In this document: positions 26,935-41,044 of the stretch, one piece after another
Layout of the letters: every line of letters begins with the position of its first letter
How positions within the stretch are numbered: the stretch's first letter is position 1
Source: Eledone cirrhosa
Lineage: Eukaryota
Direction: 5' to 3'
Assembly: GCA_964016885.1 (NCBI GenBank)
Contig: OZ024740.1
Coordinates: 107,012,001 to 107,076,000, forward strand
DNA: 64,000 bases
Notes under the pieces: generated by a model
Told to the model about the DNA's origin: nothing
Seen by the model: only the letters and a program-made list of their open reading frames with translations
Databases searched by the model: none
Translations under genes and position numbers: made by a program

Positions 26935-27029
26935 TATATATATATATGTGTGTGTTTAATGGTAGCTATGATGCTTCCATAGTCGGTATGCCAGTTGAGC
27001 CCTCTATGTTCTTACAGAGCAGAGTGTGA

Positions 27030-27164
27030 TATAATATAAAACGAAAAATCAGTGATGCATCTGGACTCAGTTTATTGTGTGTTACAATTGTTTCGCCACC
27101 GCCAAAACAATTGTAACACACAATAAACTGAGTTCAGATGCATCACTGATTTTTCGTTTTATAT

Positions 27165-27168
<4 letters not shown>
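27030..27168. repeat. Palindrome of ~60-bp arms built on a hammerhead 3' half
   Basis: Arms aaacgaaaaatcagtgatgcatc..gttacaattgttt; minus strand gcGAAA-CAATTG-TA-acac. Confidence 0.75.
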
Positions 27169-27248
<80 letters not shown>

Positions 27249-27717
27249 ACACACACATATATACACATTACACCATGTGATCTGGAATCAGTTATGCCAT
27301 CTGTAATCAGACTACAAATTCATACACAATGACTGAGTTTATCTTTATTAATGCAATTAACAACAATTAAATGCAATTAATGCAATTAATTGTTTCGACT
27401 TTAGGCACAAGGCCAGCAATTACCCAGTGCATTTAGAGAATATATTTCCAGCAAGACTTCTCTCCCTGCAAAGCGACTACACAACTAATGAGAAAGAAGT
27501 TTATATATGTATAAGAATCAGTTCCCACCCCACCCTTGCAAGTAGGGAAAAGCGGACGTAAAATGATGATGATGATGATGATGATGATGATAATACATGA
27601 AGAGTTACCTTTACCTGACCTGACAATTACAATGAGCATGGGAAATTGCTGAAGAAATTATGACACATTTAAATGCAATTGTAACATTATTTAAAAAGAT
27701 TAGTATTTAAAATATCA

Positions 27718-27756
<39 letters not shown>

Positions 27757-27785
27757 GAGAGAGGGAGTGTGTGTGTTTGTGTGTG

Positions 27786-27836
<51 letters not shown>

Positions 27837-28284
27837 TAAAACATGTCTATAGAATCACAAGATAACTATATATTGCTTGCTTGTCTGTAATGTAATACAG
27901 CTAAAAGGGCACATAATGGGAAAATACTTTGAAAGGAAGTTGGCCCTGAAATGGGAATACAAATGGAATAAAACAAGTTTCGCATAAATCGGACCACGGC
28001 TTCCTAAGACATGGGGTTTTTCCGGGACCCTTCATAAACAGAGAGAGAAAAAGAGAGCCATAGAGAGAGGGAGAGGAGACAGAGTAGGAGAATGGAAGAG
28101 AGAGAGTTGGTGTTGTTGTTGTGTATATAGATATGTGAGTGTGTGTGCATATATATATATGTGTGTGTGTGTGTCTATGACCAGTGTATATAGATCACTG
28201 ACCCCCACATATATATACACACAAACATATATATATATATATATACACACATGTATATATATGGGCTTTCCAGTTTCATTTTAC

Positions 28285-28355
<71 letters not shown>

Positions 28356-28553
28356 TCATCATCATCATCATCATCAACGTTTAACGTCCGTGTTCCACGC
28401 TTGCATGGGTTTGGACGGGGGTAGTCCCACTTGAGGCAAGAGTGATTGTCTTGCTCGCATAGGACTGTCTGGCAGGTTTTCTACAGTTGGATGCCCTTCC
28501 TAACACCAACCACATTTACAGTGTGGGTCTGGGAGGTTTTTACCATATATGTA

Positions 28554-28855
28554 GGCACATGGCTTAGTGGTTAGAGCATTGGCCTTGCAATCGAAAGGTT
28601 GTGAGTTCAATTCTCAGACCGGGTGATGTGTTGTTTCCTTGAGCAAGACACTTTATTTCACATTGCTCCAGTTTACTCAGCTGTAGAAATGGCAAAGTGG
28701 TCGTGGAGGTGCCACGGCAAAAACCACCCAGCACTCACTGTAAATGAGGTTGGTGTTAGGAAGGGCATCCAGCTGTAGAAATCAAGCCAGAATCAGTTCC
28801 CGTCCCACCCTTGCAAGCAGGGAAAAGCAGATATAAAATGATGATGATGATGGTG
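28554..28855 (+). mobile_element. tRNA-head CORE-type SINE with RTE-derived tail; other copies ~29320-29680(-), ~34470-34905(-), ~35833-35950(+)
   Basis: A box tggcttagtgg, B box gagttcaattc, CORE-like ccttgagcaagacacttt; tail shared with RTE 3' UTR. Confidence 0.75.
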
Positions 28856-28938
28856 ATATATATATAAGTTTATCCTGGGTTCAATCAGGGGTAACCACAG
28901 TAAGGTACTCCATACATAGCAGAGTATAAATATATCAG

Positions 28939-28989
28939 GGCTTCCTGATGATTCCTCCTGAATGAAACAGTTCTAGTCCTGTAAAAGCC
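28939..28989 (+). ncRNA. Type I hammerhead-like motif
   Basis: ggcttc-CTGATGA-ttc ctcct gaa t-GAAA-CAG ttctagtc CTG-TA-aaagcc; 3' half also at 9441-9464. Confidence 0.6.
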
Positions 28990-30077
28990 ATTTATATATA
29001 TATATAAACTCTCTCTCTATATATATATAGAGAGAGGGGGGGGGGGGGGTATGTGATTCTATGAATTACTGATGGTGGTACCAAAACAAGCACTCAATGC
29101 ACAGGTAAAGTGTATATATTAAGAAAAACGATGAAGTTTCATTTACATGTGGTTAGTTTTTTATTGTGTATCGACATGTAAATGAAACTTCATTTTTCTT
29201 AAAATATACATTCCGCCTGTGCATTGAGTGCTCGTTTTAGTACCACCAGCAGCAATTCACTGAATCACATACACTATATGTATACATATATATACATCAT
29301 CATCATCACCATCACCATTTTATGTCTGTTCTTCCACGCTAGCATGGGTTAGACGGGTTGTCTTGTTGTGGGCAGTGTCCGGTCGGCTGACCTTATCTTG
29401 TTCATACAGGAACTGATTCTGGCTTGATTACTACAGCTGGATGCCCTTCCTAACACCAACCCCATTTATAGTGTGGGCTGGGTGCTCTTTTGCCGTGGCA
29501 CCGCCACGACAACTTTGCAGTGGAATGATATGGACCCCAGTCCATATCATCTCATTTCTACAGCTGAGTAAACTGGAGCAACGTGAAATAAAGGGTCTTG
29601 CTCAAGGAAACAGCATATCACCCGGTCTGAGAATTGAACTCATAACCTTTCGATTGCAAGCCCAATGCTCTAACCAGCCAGATTTGCATATCAGCAGATA
29701 TGCAAATCTGGCTGATCAGTGGATCTGCTAATAATGATAATATTGTGTTGGCATATAAACAGAATGGCAGACACTAATGTGTCTGAGTGATTACCCTTCA
29801 CCAGTACCGTATACTGTTTACCTGTCAACTGTCAGAGCTAGTGAAAATATATGATATTTTCTTAAATATACAGGGACTGTTCGGCCTGATTTGCATATTA
29901 GGAGACCCACTGATCAGCCAGATTTGCATATCTGCAGACAGGCCAGTTGTTTTCATGTATGTGAGCGATTAATGGGCGGCTTTGTCATATTCAAATAACT
30001 AACAAATAGTTTTATTGCTTTTGTATTCAGCCATGTAGAGCGATAAATCTATTTGTTAGTTATTATATATAAATATA

Positions 30078-30240
30078 GGGTCGGATGCCATGCTTTCCAG
30101 CATAGTTACGTCCCTTTACGATCTGAGTTCAAATCCCGCCGAGGTTGACTTTGCCTTTCATCCTTACGGGGTCGATAAAATAAAGTACCAGTAATGCACT
30201 GGGTAATTGCTGGCCTTGTGCCTAAAGTAGAAACAATTAT
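30078..30240 (+). mobile_element. Meta-domain-like SINE; further copies ~12915-13118, 33607-33794, 37786-37908, 44611-44950 (dimer), 47425-47612, 49395-49578
   Basis: Conserved core gcctttcatccttacggggtcgataaaataaagtaccag. Confidence 0.8.
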
Positions 30241-30541
30241 ATATAAATACACATAAATATATATACATTATATATATTATATTACACATAAATATATATA
30301 CAAAATATATATTTTTTCACTTCCTCAATATATTTCTCTCTCCCATATCTCCTCTCTCTATCTCGCTCTGTTGTTTTTCTTTACATACATCTCTTCATCT
30401 TCTTCTTTTTATCTTCGTTTTTCTTCGTCTTTCTTTATCTATAACTGTCCTTAACAGTTTCACTACCAAATCAACTTTTTAAATGGAAGTTGCATTATTC
30501 TAAGGTATGTCAAATTTATTTATAAAACAGCTTATATATTG

Positions 30542-30607
30542 TATTTTGTCTGAGGAAGGCATACCATATTTTTAATATGATATCCCAGAAATATATATAA
30601 CGAAATA
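30542..30607 (+). ncRNA. Type I hammerhead ribozyme motif
   Basis: tattttgt-CTGAGGA-aggcataccatatt ttt aatatgatatccca-GAAA-TATATA-TA-acgaaata; tail inverted around (TA)n at 30785-30917; truncated sibling at 46810. Confidence 0.65.
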
Positions 30608-30735
30608 AATATGGTTTTATAAATATAGTTTCCATTTGTTTAATATCGTAAACCTACTCCAAAAACTGTTGAGTGCTTTTATATCAGTTATAAAATATTT
30701 ACTCGTTGTAACCCAACAATTTTAAATAAAACTTT

Positions 30736-30787
<52 letters not shown>

Positions 30788-30915
30788 AAAGTTTTATTTA
30801 AAATTGTTGGGTTACAACGAGTAAATATTTTATAACTGATATAAAAGCACTCAACAGTTTTTGGAGTAGGTTTACGATATTAAACAAATGGAAACTATAT
30901 TTATAAAACCATATT

Positions 30916-30961
<46 letters not shown>

Positions 30962-31005
30962 AGGGAAGTAAGGTTCTATACAAAGCAGTGGTTATAGAGA
31001 AAAGG

Positions 31006-31476
31006 TGAGATTGGAAATAGTACTGAAAATATATTTAAGGGTCTGGTTTTTTTTTGGGGGGGGGGGTCTTTGATTCGTCAAAGTGACATTATTGAAAAGA
31101 TGAGAGTGACAATTCTTTTTAAAAAAGAGTCTTATAATGTATATAAAGTATATAAAGAGGGAGACTTCTCAACAGTCTCCTTCTCAACAAGGAAGATGAA
31201 AAAACTTATCTCAACACTTAATTTTAAATCTTTAATTTTTAGTTTTTAATCCTTATTAATTCTTTTTAATTGTAATACTCAACATATGATAAGATGAATT
31301 TTACTAATACATCGAAAGTGGTAATACTTTATATACATTATATACATTATAAAACTCTTTTTTAAAAAGAATTGTCCCTCTCATTTTTCAATAATGCCAC
31401 TTTGACGAATCAAAGAAAAGTAAAAAGAAGAAAAACAGACTCTTAAATATATTTTTAGTGTTATTTCCAATCTCAC
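31006..31476. repeat. Imperfect long inverted repeat (~145-bp arms) in gene A intron 1
   Basis: tgagattggaaata..tgattcgtcaaagtg..aaaaaagagt and its reverse complement. Confidence 0.7.
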
Positions 31477-31729
31477 CTTTTCTCTCTCTTTCTCTCTCTC
31501 TCTCTATATATATATGTTTGTGTGTGTGTGTGTAAGTATGTATATATGTATAGATATATGCATGCATATATACTGTATATGTATGTACATATGTATGCTA
31601 TGTATGTATGCATGTATATATGTATGTATGTGTGTATGTATGTATATATTTTTGTATGTATGTATGTGTGTATTACGATGATGATGATGATGATGTATGT
31701 ATATATATATGTATATAAAAAAAACTTAC

Positions 31730-32066
31730 CTGCAACAAGTATAGCTTTGTTGTTGATATTCAACATCAGTTTTCTTAGATTCATGTGTGTCAGCAGGAAG
31801 ACAAGGCTAATGATAATGATATGCCTCATGTAACTATGCTGCACTGACCAACTGTTGGATATCCAGTATATAGCTAACACTGCAGTTAGTTTCATTAGGA
31901 GGCACAGCCTGGCCTTAGTCTGTGGCAATTTCAGTGCTAGGTAGCAGATACACAGATATAACAACTCCTTTGTTACAAACAAGTTCTGAAATATTTCAAT
32001 GTTTTCTTCATTGTGGCTGGCTTTCCTGGTCTGAGAACTAACAACATTATTAATTATTGAAAACAT
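31730..32066 (-). CDS. SDR paralogue A exon 1 (hydrophobic N-terminus, ends NKAILVAG)
   Basis: caccATG context, donor gtaagt, 337 nt phase 1; aligns with gene B exon 1 (LLY..CYL.LKL, LMKL..LA.YW, NKA.L..G). Confidence 0.8.
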
Positions 32067-32134
32067 GGTGTATGTCTATTTATATATGGATATATATATA
32101 TATGTATATATATATATATGTATATATGTATATA

Positions 32135-32199
<65 letters not shown>

Positions 32200-32320
32200 A
32201 TAATAATAAATTTGAAGACTAAAATCCAAAGAGGGCTCGATAAGGATAAACTTTAATCTGTTATTTTAATAAATATATATATATATATGTATGTATATAT
32301 GTGTGTGTGTGTTAAGGTCA

Positions 32321-32357
<37 letters not shown>

Positions 32358-33513
32358 AATTTTAGTACAGCATTAACGAAGCTTTAGGCTATCGAATGCA
32401 GATTCGGAATGTACCTTTAGCACTCGATAGAGAATAATACCCCAGAGTAATAACAATACGTTTAGACAGCTTTGCAAATCAAATATAGCGACCGGCAGTC
32501 CAGCCGCATTACCATAGCAACGAAAATGGTTGGAGTCAGGAAAATATTTTAAAGAGAGAGGAGAGAGAGCGAGTAATAAGTTTAAGATAGAAACTAAGCT
32601 GTATGTGTTTATGTTTTTTCTTGAGATGATGGTATGATGGTATTGAATATATCTTAGGTTTGTTTGTTTTTTTATGTGAATGCAGGAATTGTACCAAGCA
32701 GCTGACAAGCAGAAGCTGTCTAGTCTTCAAATGTTCCGGGAATTTTGAAATTCTACAAAATTACCATGCTGCTAGTTATTACAAGAAGATGGGTTTTTCC
32801 TTAAAGTTTAACTCATGTGATATCACATAAGACATATGGTTTATATATATATATATATATGTCGTGTTTCTGCAGTTTATTTACTCTCATCCTGTTAGGG
32901 TGGTGGTGGTGGTGGTAATGGTGGTGATTGTGGTAATGGTAATACTGGTGGTGGTGGTGGTGACAATGGTGGACAGTGATTATTTTATTGTAATTATAAT
33001 AATTCCAGATATGGAAACCAAGATGTGGGTGGAATCTCATTCCCTGGCGATTAAGTAGACCTTAATTGAGGCAGCGTGTATCATTACATAACATGTAACT
33101 GCTGTTTACATATGCAACAATTTAATACAGTGAAGTGAGAAACAAGTGATAGATGTCAGTACAACATGTTAACTCATTAGAGAGATAAACAAGTGATAAA
33201 CATTAGTCTAAAATGTTAGCTCATTAGAGAGAATGTCTTGCACTGTTTGTTGCAGCTCTCTGCAATTACAGTTCAAAATTAACACTAGAGCTGTGAAATC
33301 CTGCATTTATTAATTTTAACACTTTTTATTAATAACTGCATCGTTGAATACATATAGTGCATTTAGTCATTCCATGAGTGTATCTTTTCAGGCCTTGAAC
33401 TTTTCAGTCAACTCCTGCCTGATTTATGATCAAAGCCATTCCAGCTATAGACATCTAGTCATTCTGAATATATAGAAAAATGATATTAATGATGATGATA
33501 TACACACACACAC

Positions 33514-33546
<33 letters not shown>

Positions 33547-33912
33547 TTTTTTTTGCTCTACATGGCTGAATACAATAAATGTAATCTGAGGTCTTTGAAT
33601 ATTAATAATTGTTTCTACTTTTGGCACAAGGCCAGCAATTACCCAGAACATTACTGGTACTTCATTTTATCGACCCCGTAAGGATGAAAGGCAAAGTTGA
33701 CCTCGGTGGGATTTGAACTCAGAATGGAAAGGGCCGTAACTCTATGCGTCAAAGCATGGTGTCTGACCCTCTACCCATACTGCCAATCCACCGTCATTTT
33801 GAATATTAATAATAATATTCGATTCATTTGCAATTATGCAAACAACCTCATTTTTAAAGCCATGTCAGTAGAATGAACCCTTCATTCTTGCATGAGTGTT
33901 GGCATGTAAACA

Positions 33913-33962
33913 GAACTACAGACACTAATGTTTCTGGGTATTACTCTTCATCAGTACAGTTC
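33913..33962 (-). ncRNA. Type I hammerhead ribozyme motif
   Basis: gaactgta-CTGATGA-a gagt aat accc a-GAAA-CATTAGTG-TC-tgtagttc; decayed sibling at ~29762-29812. Confidence 0.65.
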
Positions 33963-36129
33963 ATTCTTCACCTACCAACTGTCAGAGCTAGTGAAAATAT
34001 ATGATATTTTCTAAAATATACAGTGACTGATTGGCCTGACTTGCATATTAGCAGATTGGCGGATCAGTCAGATCTGAATATTAGCAGATCCACTGATCAG
34101 CCAGATTTGCATATCAGGAGACTGGCCAGTCAGTAGAATGAGCCCCTCATTCTAATAACATGACTTTAAAAATGAGACATGTTTGCATAATTGCAAACAA
34201 ATCGAATATTCATCATCATCGTTTACGAAAAACTCAGATTACATTTATTGTATTCAGCCATGTAGAGCAAAAAAAGTAAGAGGAACCAACAGTTCATTCA
34301 CTGGAACTTTAATAATTAATCACAATCATTAGATTTCTACTTTTTTTTATGTTTCATATTCAAATATTGAACATAATATAAGAAAATAAAAACAGTACAC
34401 ACTACACAAAGTAGTTATGAACACGGAAAAGGAAGGCAATGGCAAGGGCTTTAGGGTCACAGAAGAATCATCATCACCGTTTTACATCCGTTCTTCCATG
34501 TGAGCATCGCTTAGACGGGTTGTCCTGTTGTGGGCAGTGTCTGGTCAGCTGACCTTGTCTTGCTCATATGGGAACTGATTCTGGCTTGATTTCTACAGCT
34601 GGATGCCCTTCCTAACACCAACCTCATTTACAGTGAGTGCTGGGAGTTTTTTTTTCCGTGGCGCCTAGACGTCCACTTTACAGTGAGTGCTGGGTGCTTT
34701 TTTTGCTGTGGCACCTCCACGACCACTTTGCAGTGGAATGATAGGGACTCCAGTCCTACCATCTCATTTCTACAGCTGAGTAAACTGGAGCAATGTGAAA
34801 TAAAGTGTCTTGCTCAAGGAAACAACACATCACCCAGTCCAAGAATTGAACTCACAACCTTTCAATTGCAAGCCCAATGCTCTAACCACTAAGCCATGCG
34901 CCTTCATCAAGAATGGGGAGCGTAATGGGCTCTGGGCCTAGGGTGCAGTGGTATTGAGACTGCGCGCCATGGACAAGACCACAAAAGCATTCCTGCATAC
35001 AATGGCTAGCGTTACCCACTGCAACAGCCACCCCACCTCGCGGGGCTCCTTCCTCAGATGGGCTGCTGATGTTCCGATCTTGCGGAGGAGTTCAGCAGTA
35101 TGGAATCCAAGTATGCCTGTGATCTTAATGGCAACCGGTGCGAAAAGTGACCAGACAATCCCCTGTATTTGTAAGAAACAACTTAATTGATATATTAGAT
35201 TAAACTTAAGTAGTTAGTGACATCTATCAATTAACCCTTTTGGTTCCAACCTGTCTGAGCCTCTCAATGCATGGCTAATTAACTGGAAGTTTACATTCAC
35301 CATGCAATAGATCAATGAAAACATTCCATAATAAACCTTAGTTGATCAGTGGGTCATAATGTGAAATGTTTGACAATGTGGAAACTGTGATGTTCATGCC
35401 TTTCCCAAGGACTTCCTTTTATTCTTACTGATTTTAGTCATTAGACTGCAGCCATGCCTTGACACCACATTAAAAAGATTTATTTGATCATACTGAACCT
35501 GATACTTATTTATTGATCTCCTTTTGTCAAACTGTTAAGTTATGGGATATAAGTAAACACAGGCACAGATACATATACACAAATATTGTCATCATGATTA
35601 TGATGATGTTTATCATCATTTAATGTCCATCTTCTCTGTTAGCAAGGATTGGATGTGTCTTCACAGACCAAGACAGTACTGATGAGGTCTGAGGGGAGGC
35701 TACATCTCACTTACATTCCTGCACTCCTGCAAGTGTATTTTATCATGACACAATGTTCTGATGTCTTTGACACAGCTGAAGAGTCTTCCAAACCCTTTGT
35801 TTGGCAGATTTTATATGGCCCATAGTATCAAAAGGCATGTGGCTGAGTGGTTAGAGAATTGTATTCACAATCGTTAGGTTGTGAGTTCAATTCCCAGACT
35901 GGGTGAGACGTTATGTCCTTGAGCAAGACATTTTATTTCACATTGCTCCTTCTACCTGGAGTTGCAACCGATAGATAGTATTAGCAATTGGAAAGACCAA
36001 TGGAAACATTGTTTCCTCAGTTTGATTTGACGAAAGTCAATCGACTGTCAATAGTATCAGAGCTGTGATCTCTCGATTTGGAGAAGTAGCAGCTCTACCT
36101 GGAGTGACTCTTTGATCTCCAAGCTACGC

Positions 36130-36780
36130 ACTCAATTTAGTAATATTACTCCAAAAACTCTTCAGAGGAACCCCGATTCAGTTACTTGTATTTGTAATCG
36201 TATTCTTTTGGTCATTACCCAAGATTGATGACCATAGCTAAGAGTTGGCATGAATACCAAATTGAAGATAGTGAGTTTGGTTTTTACACCTACCTTCTTC
36301 TTATTACCAAATACTGAAGTTGGTGCATTACTGCACCAGCTTCCACAATTTTTGCACTTAATTTAATTGGCTGTGCTATGTCCAGGGCAAAAACTGTACT
36401 GTTCATCAGCTAGCTTGGACTCAACAATCTCCCTACATCTCTTTGACAGACACTTAGCATAGATTTTATCGGGGAGGTCTAACAAGGAAATCTCTCTGTA
36501 ATTAGAACAATCTCTCTTGTCTACCATTTTGAAAATAGAAATTATCACTCCTGATTGTCATTGCTTAAGTGCCTTTCCATAGACCAAGGCCACCCGGCAC
36601 ATACAAGTCAACCTGAGAATACCTTCTCTATTTAAGGCTTTTAACATCTCATGCCGGATTTCATCTTCCCCAGTGGCCTTACCACATCTGAGCTCTTTGA
36701 CTGCTGCTCTTGTGACCTCAGCCTCTGAGAAATAAGTCACCACTCTCAGATGCACCTCCTGTACATCAGCAGATGCTGTT
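36130..36780 (-). mobile_element. Degenerate LINE RT fragment (RTE-like)
   Basis: GKATGEDEI..DCSNYREISLLDLPDKIYAKCL..EQYSFCPG. Confidence 0.7.
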
Positions 36781-36994
36781 GTAATTGGTTTCAAATATAT
36801 TGCAGTCTCCATGTCATGCTGCAAACACTGGTGATGGGCCTGTGACCTGTCCTGCAAGACATGGGATGGACACAAAATGATTGCGTATCCCATGACCCCG
36901 AAGACTGTCCAGAAGGGAGCAAACCGTGACAACTGGACTTAAGAGGCATTGGAAAAATTTGAAATTCAAAATGTGCATATCCCAACATGCAAAC

Positions 36995-37595
36995 ATCATC
37001 ATCATCATCATCATCGTCGTTTAACGTCCGTGTTCCATGCTTGCATGGGTTTGGACGGGAGTTTTCCCACTTGAGGCAAGAGTGGTTGTCTTGCTCGCAT
37101 AGGACTGTCTGGCGGGTTTTCTACAGTTGGATGCCCTTCCTAACACCAACCACATTTACAGTGTGGGGCTGGGAGGTTTTTACCGTGTTGCCTACACGGC
37201 CACATTACAGCGTGGACTGTCTGGCAGGTTTTCTACAGCTGGATGCCCTTCCTAACACCAACCACATTTACAGTGTGGGGCTGGGACGTTTTTACCGTGT
37301 TGCCTACACGGCCACATTACAGCGTGGACTGTCTGGCAGGTTTTCTACAGCTGGATGCCCTTCCTAACACCAACCACATTTACAGTGTGGGACTGGGACG
37401 TTTTTACCGTGTTGCCTACACGGTCACATTACAGCGTGGACTGTGTGTTTTTTTTTCGTGACACCTACACGATCTCATTTGTTTCGGCCTGGATTTTGTG
37501 GCACCAACATAACTTTACATTGAAAGGGGAAGTGTGGATGGGGGGGGGGGGGGGTATTTTGTTAGAGATGCCTACTGACTGTAGTAGGTTTTACT
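36995..37595 (-). mobile_element. RTE 3' UTR copy with internal 3x 112-bp tandem array (37102-37443)
   Basis: Matches 19915-20290; unit starts at 37102, 37214, 37326. Confidence 0.8.
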
Positions 37596-38483
37596 TACGA
37601 CCATGATAATAGTTGATCACTACAAATAATAGTTGCAAAGATTGGTTGATAGGAAAACGTGGACAAGGAATCTTCTGGATTCCAAGCAAGAGCTTTAATC
37701 ACTGCACAAAACCAATTCTGTTGTTTGTTTGTTTTTTTGTTTGTTTGTTTTCACTATTTTAATCCTGATTAATCCCCTTTATAGACTGAGTTCAAATCCC
37801 ACTGAGGTTAACTTTGCCTTTAATCCTTTGCCTTAAATCCGATAAAATAAAGTACCAGTAATGCACTGGGGTAATTGCTGGCCTTGTGCCAAAAGTAGAA
37901 ACAATTATTTTAATCCTGATTCCTGAAGTGGAATGAAAGCAGTTAACAAAAGAATCATTGGGAAAATTTGAAATTTGTTCATCCCAACTCAAATAACAAT
38001 AATAGTACTCGATCACTATTAATAAGACAGAATTAGTGGCCTGTGGCTCTTTAATGTAGTCGTTAATGCATTCGCCTGACATCTGAGAGATGTGGGGTTC
38101 GGCTTCTCGCAGATGCCTGTCCCCTTTTTGTTTTTATCTTCAGAGGTGGTACCTCACCTGATTTTCTCAACAGTGTGACTGAATCTGAAACCACTTGGCT
38201 GCATACTACACTCCTTACACACACACAGCCATGCCTACAGCTATAAATTCCTCAATAAACTGGACCTCTACAGTCACTCACATCTATTCTTCATATGTCA
38301 AAATTGTCAAATAAAATATTGATTTCTTAATTCTAAATGTAGGCAGAAGTTGATAGAATGACACTGGAAGGAAGAGGATAACATTCAATTTAATCAACCT
38401 TCAATACATTACTGGTGTAGAGTTGATCTCACCACAGTTTTGCCTCGGAACCACTCATGAAAATTGGTTTTATAAATAAAGTG

Positions 38484-38826
38484 TACGAGAGTCAGCTGAA
38501 ATGTTCATAGGCTGACTATGAAGGATTGATACTAGAGCTGTGAAATCTTGCATGCATTAATTTCAACTCTTCTCCTCTTCTTATTAATAACTGCATTGTT
38601 TCTTTCTAGGGACTATGTTGAAAAATAAACCTCATTTGGTCATTCCATGAGAGTGTCTTGGTCAGAGTGATGCTGGAGTTGTGAAATCTTGCATGCATTA
38701 ATTTCAACTCTTCTTATTAATAACTGCAATGTTTCTTTCTAGGAACTATGTTGAAAAATAAGCCTCATTTGGTCATTCCATGAGAGTATCTTGGTCAGCC
38801 TATGAACTTTTCAGCTGCCTATTGTA
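38484..38826. mobile_element. Mariner-like MITE with ~140-bp internal duplication
   Basis: TA-cgagagtcagctgaaatgttcataggctgac / gtcagcctatgaacttttcagctgcctattg-TA. Confidence 0.65.
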
Positions 38827-39404
38827 TGTTAATACAAACCAAGGATAGGATTAAGTTGGAAACTGTACTGATTCTTCCATTAAATATTTTACAAATATTT
38901 TACAAAACAAATTTTATTCAAAAATAAATTTTATTAAAAAGTGCTCTAAAAAGAGACTATTTTTTTGTAAATAAAATTTTGTACAAAAATATATAAAATG
39001 TTTACAAATAATTTGGTATTGTAAAATATAAACAACAAAAATAATAATCAGTTTCTTTATAGATACTGATAACAAAAGAGTTATTCAGAGATGTGAATTG
39101 TGAATTTGACAAGCACACGTCTTAGACTAGGAATTAATTATCAAATTAATCATTGAGAATCTGAATTTTAATTAAAAAAAAGTTTTAATTTTAAGTTGAT
39201 CAGATTAATTTATTAATAAGACTAAAAGTTCAAATATTCGTTTTCTGGGGGGGGTTCTATTTTTGTAATCAGTGAAACTAGTTAATGTTGTATTGATGAA
39301 CATATCGAAAATTAATTTGCATAATTTGTATAAACATTGGAAATAACATTTATATATATATATATATAAATTAGACAATTATCAAAGTTGTGTTCAAATC
39401 ATTT

Positions 39405-39456
39405 AATAGCTGACAATCGTTTCTTCCAAACTTTCGTTTGGAGTCATCGGAGCATT
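39405..39456 (-). ncRNA. Hammerhead-like motif (U4C)
   Basis: gct-CCGATGA-c tccaaac GAAA gtttgga a-GAAA-CGATTG-TC-agc. Confidence 0.55.
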
Positions 39457-39654
39457 ATCAATGTTTGTACTTATTCCTGCTCTGTAAAACAACTGATGTT
39501 CTTACATTGAGCTATTTCTCTTACTGGTAATAAGGTAGTAGGAAATTACTGAACTTTCCTGTTTATAGTTGTTTATATACATAACTATAAATAGTATTAT
39601 TATTATATATATATATATTATCTGCATGTACATATGGTCTGTATGTGTATGTTG

Positions 39655-39691
<37 letters not shown>

Positions 39692-39784
39692 ACACTTACA
39701 CACACACACACAGATATTTTCAATACCAGGAACTTTGGTATTTTGTACTCTTTGATCCATTCAAAAGTACAAGTTAATTTTGTG

Positions 39785-39820
<36 letters not shown>

Positions 39821-39924
39821 AATAGAAGTTATATACACATGTATATATACCTCTACATATATGCATGTCTATGTGTGTATATACGTATATACATACACAC
39901 AAACAAATGCATATATATGTGTGT

Positions 39925-39965
<41 letters not shown>

Positions 39966-40399
39966 CACACACACAAATACATGCACAATCACATACATTT
40001 ACATATACATGCAGCTTCTTTTCAAATGCCAATGTTATACACATATATCCATTATAAATTCAATTTGGTTGGGTGGGGGGGGGGGGGGGGTTCTTATAAG
40101 TATTATTGTTGCGATGCTGGAGAATTAGGAAAATAAAGAGTCTGTTTATGTAGGTACAGCTACATAAATGGTGACACTAAAATGTTGCTCTCCTGATTAT
40201 AGGGAACTAAAGCATTGTAGAATGGACGCACAGTATCCTTGTATATCATAAGAGATGACTAAAAGGGTACTGCCAAGAAAGATATTTGGTCATAAAACAT
40301 AACAAAAGAAACCCTGTAATGAGCATGATTATACCAAGCATGGAGCATCCACATGGCTACATAGGCACTGGTTATAAAATAATATAATAATGAAATTAT

Positions 40400-40850
40400 T
40401 GTGTAAAGTGCTCAGGTGCACTACAACTCATCAAAGGTGCATGTATAGTACATAGAATAATATACAAATGTCAGGGAAGTGAATAGTGTATGAGTCATGA
40501 TATACATGTGTGTATGTGTATGGAGGGGGAACATTAGGTGTAGTGTTGGCGAACCTCAGGAAGCATGGAGGCCTTAAAGGATGCAGTGTCTTGACAGCTA
40601 ACAACTGATGCTGGGAGTTTGTTCCATGCTTCAGCAACTCTGAGCGTGAAAAGATGTTTCCGAAAGTCATGGGAGCTGTGCTGTTTTCTGACTTTGTGGG
40701 CATGCCCACGTTGTGTTACACACATGGAAATCAAAAAGGTACTCAGGGTTGTTGTTGGCAAGATGGTTAATAATTTTATGGGTGTTTACCAAGTCAGTTG
40801 CCAGACGTTATAAACTAGAAGAACCATTTCACTGATTACTCAACAGCTTT
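40400..40850 (-). mobile_element. CR1/L2-type LINE 3' fragment
   Basis: TQRGHAHKV..FRKHLFTLRVAEAWNKLPASVV C-terminal motif. Confidence 0.7.
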
Positions 40851-40993
40851 ATAAAATATGTCAGTTTTATTGATCTGATAACAAATTGATAAATATAAAT
40901 TTTAAAAATATAATTAACATTATTTACATTATTTATAATAGATTCGAAATATGATAAATATAACTGTATATTATATATATATATATGTACGTG

Positions 40994-41044
<51 letters not shown>

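Noticed and set aside
35649-35700. CTGATGAG as a possible hammerhead
   Set aside because: No downstream GAAA or stem III
38052-38116. tRNA-like A/B box sequence
   Set aside because: Cloverleaf does not pair well; likely a SINE head or pseudo-tRNA
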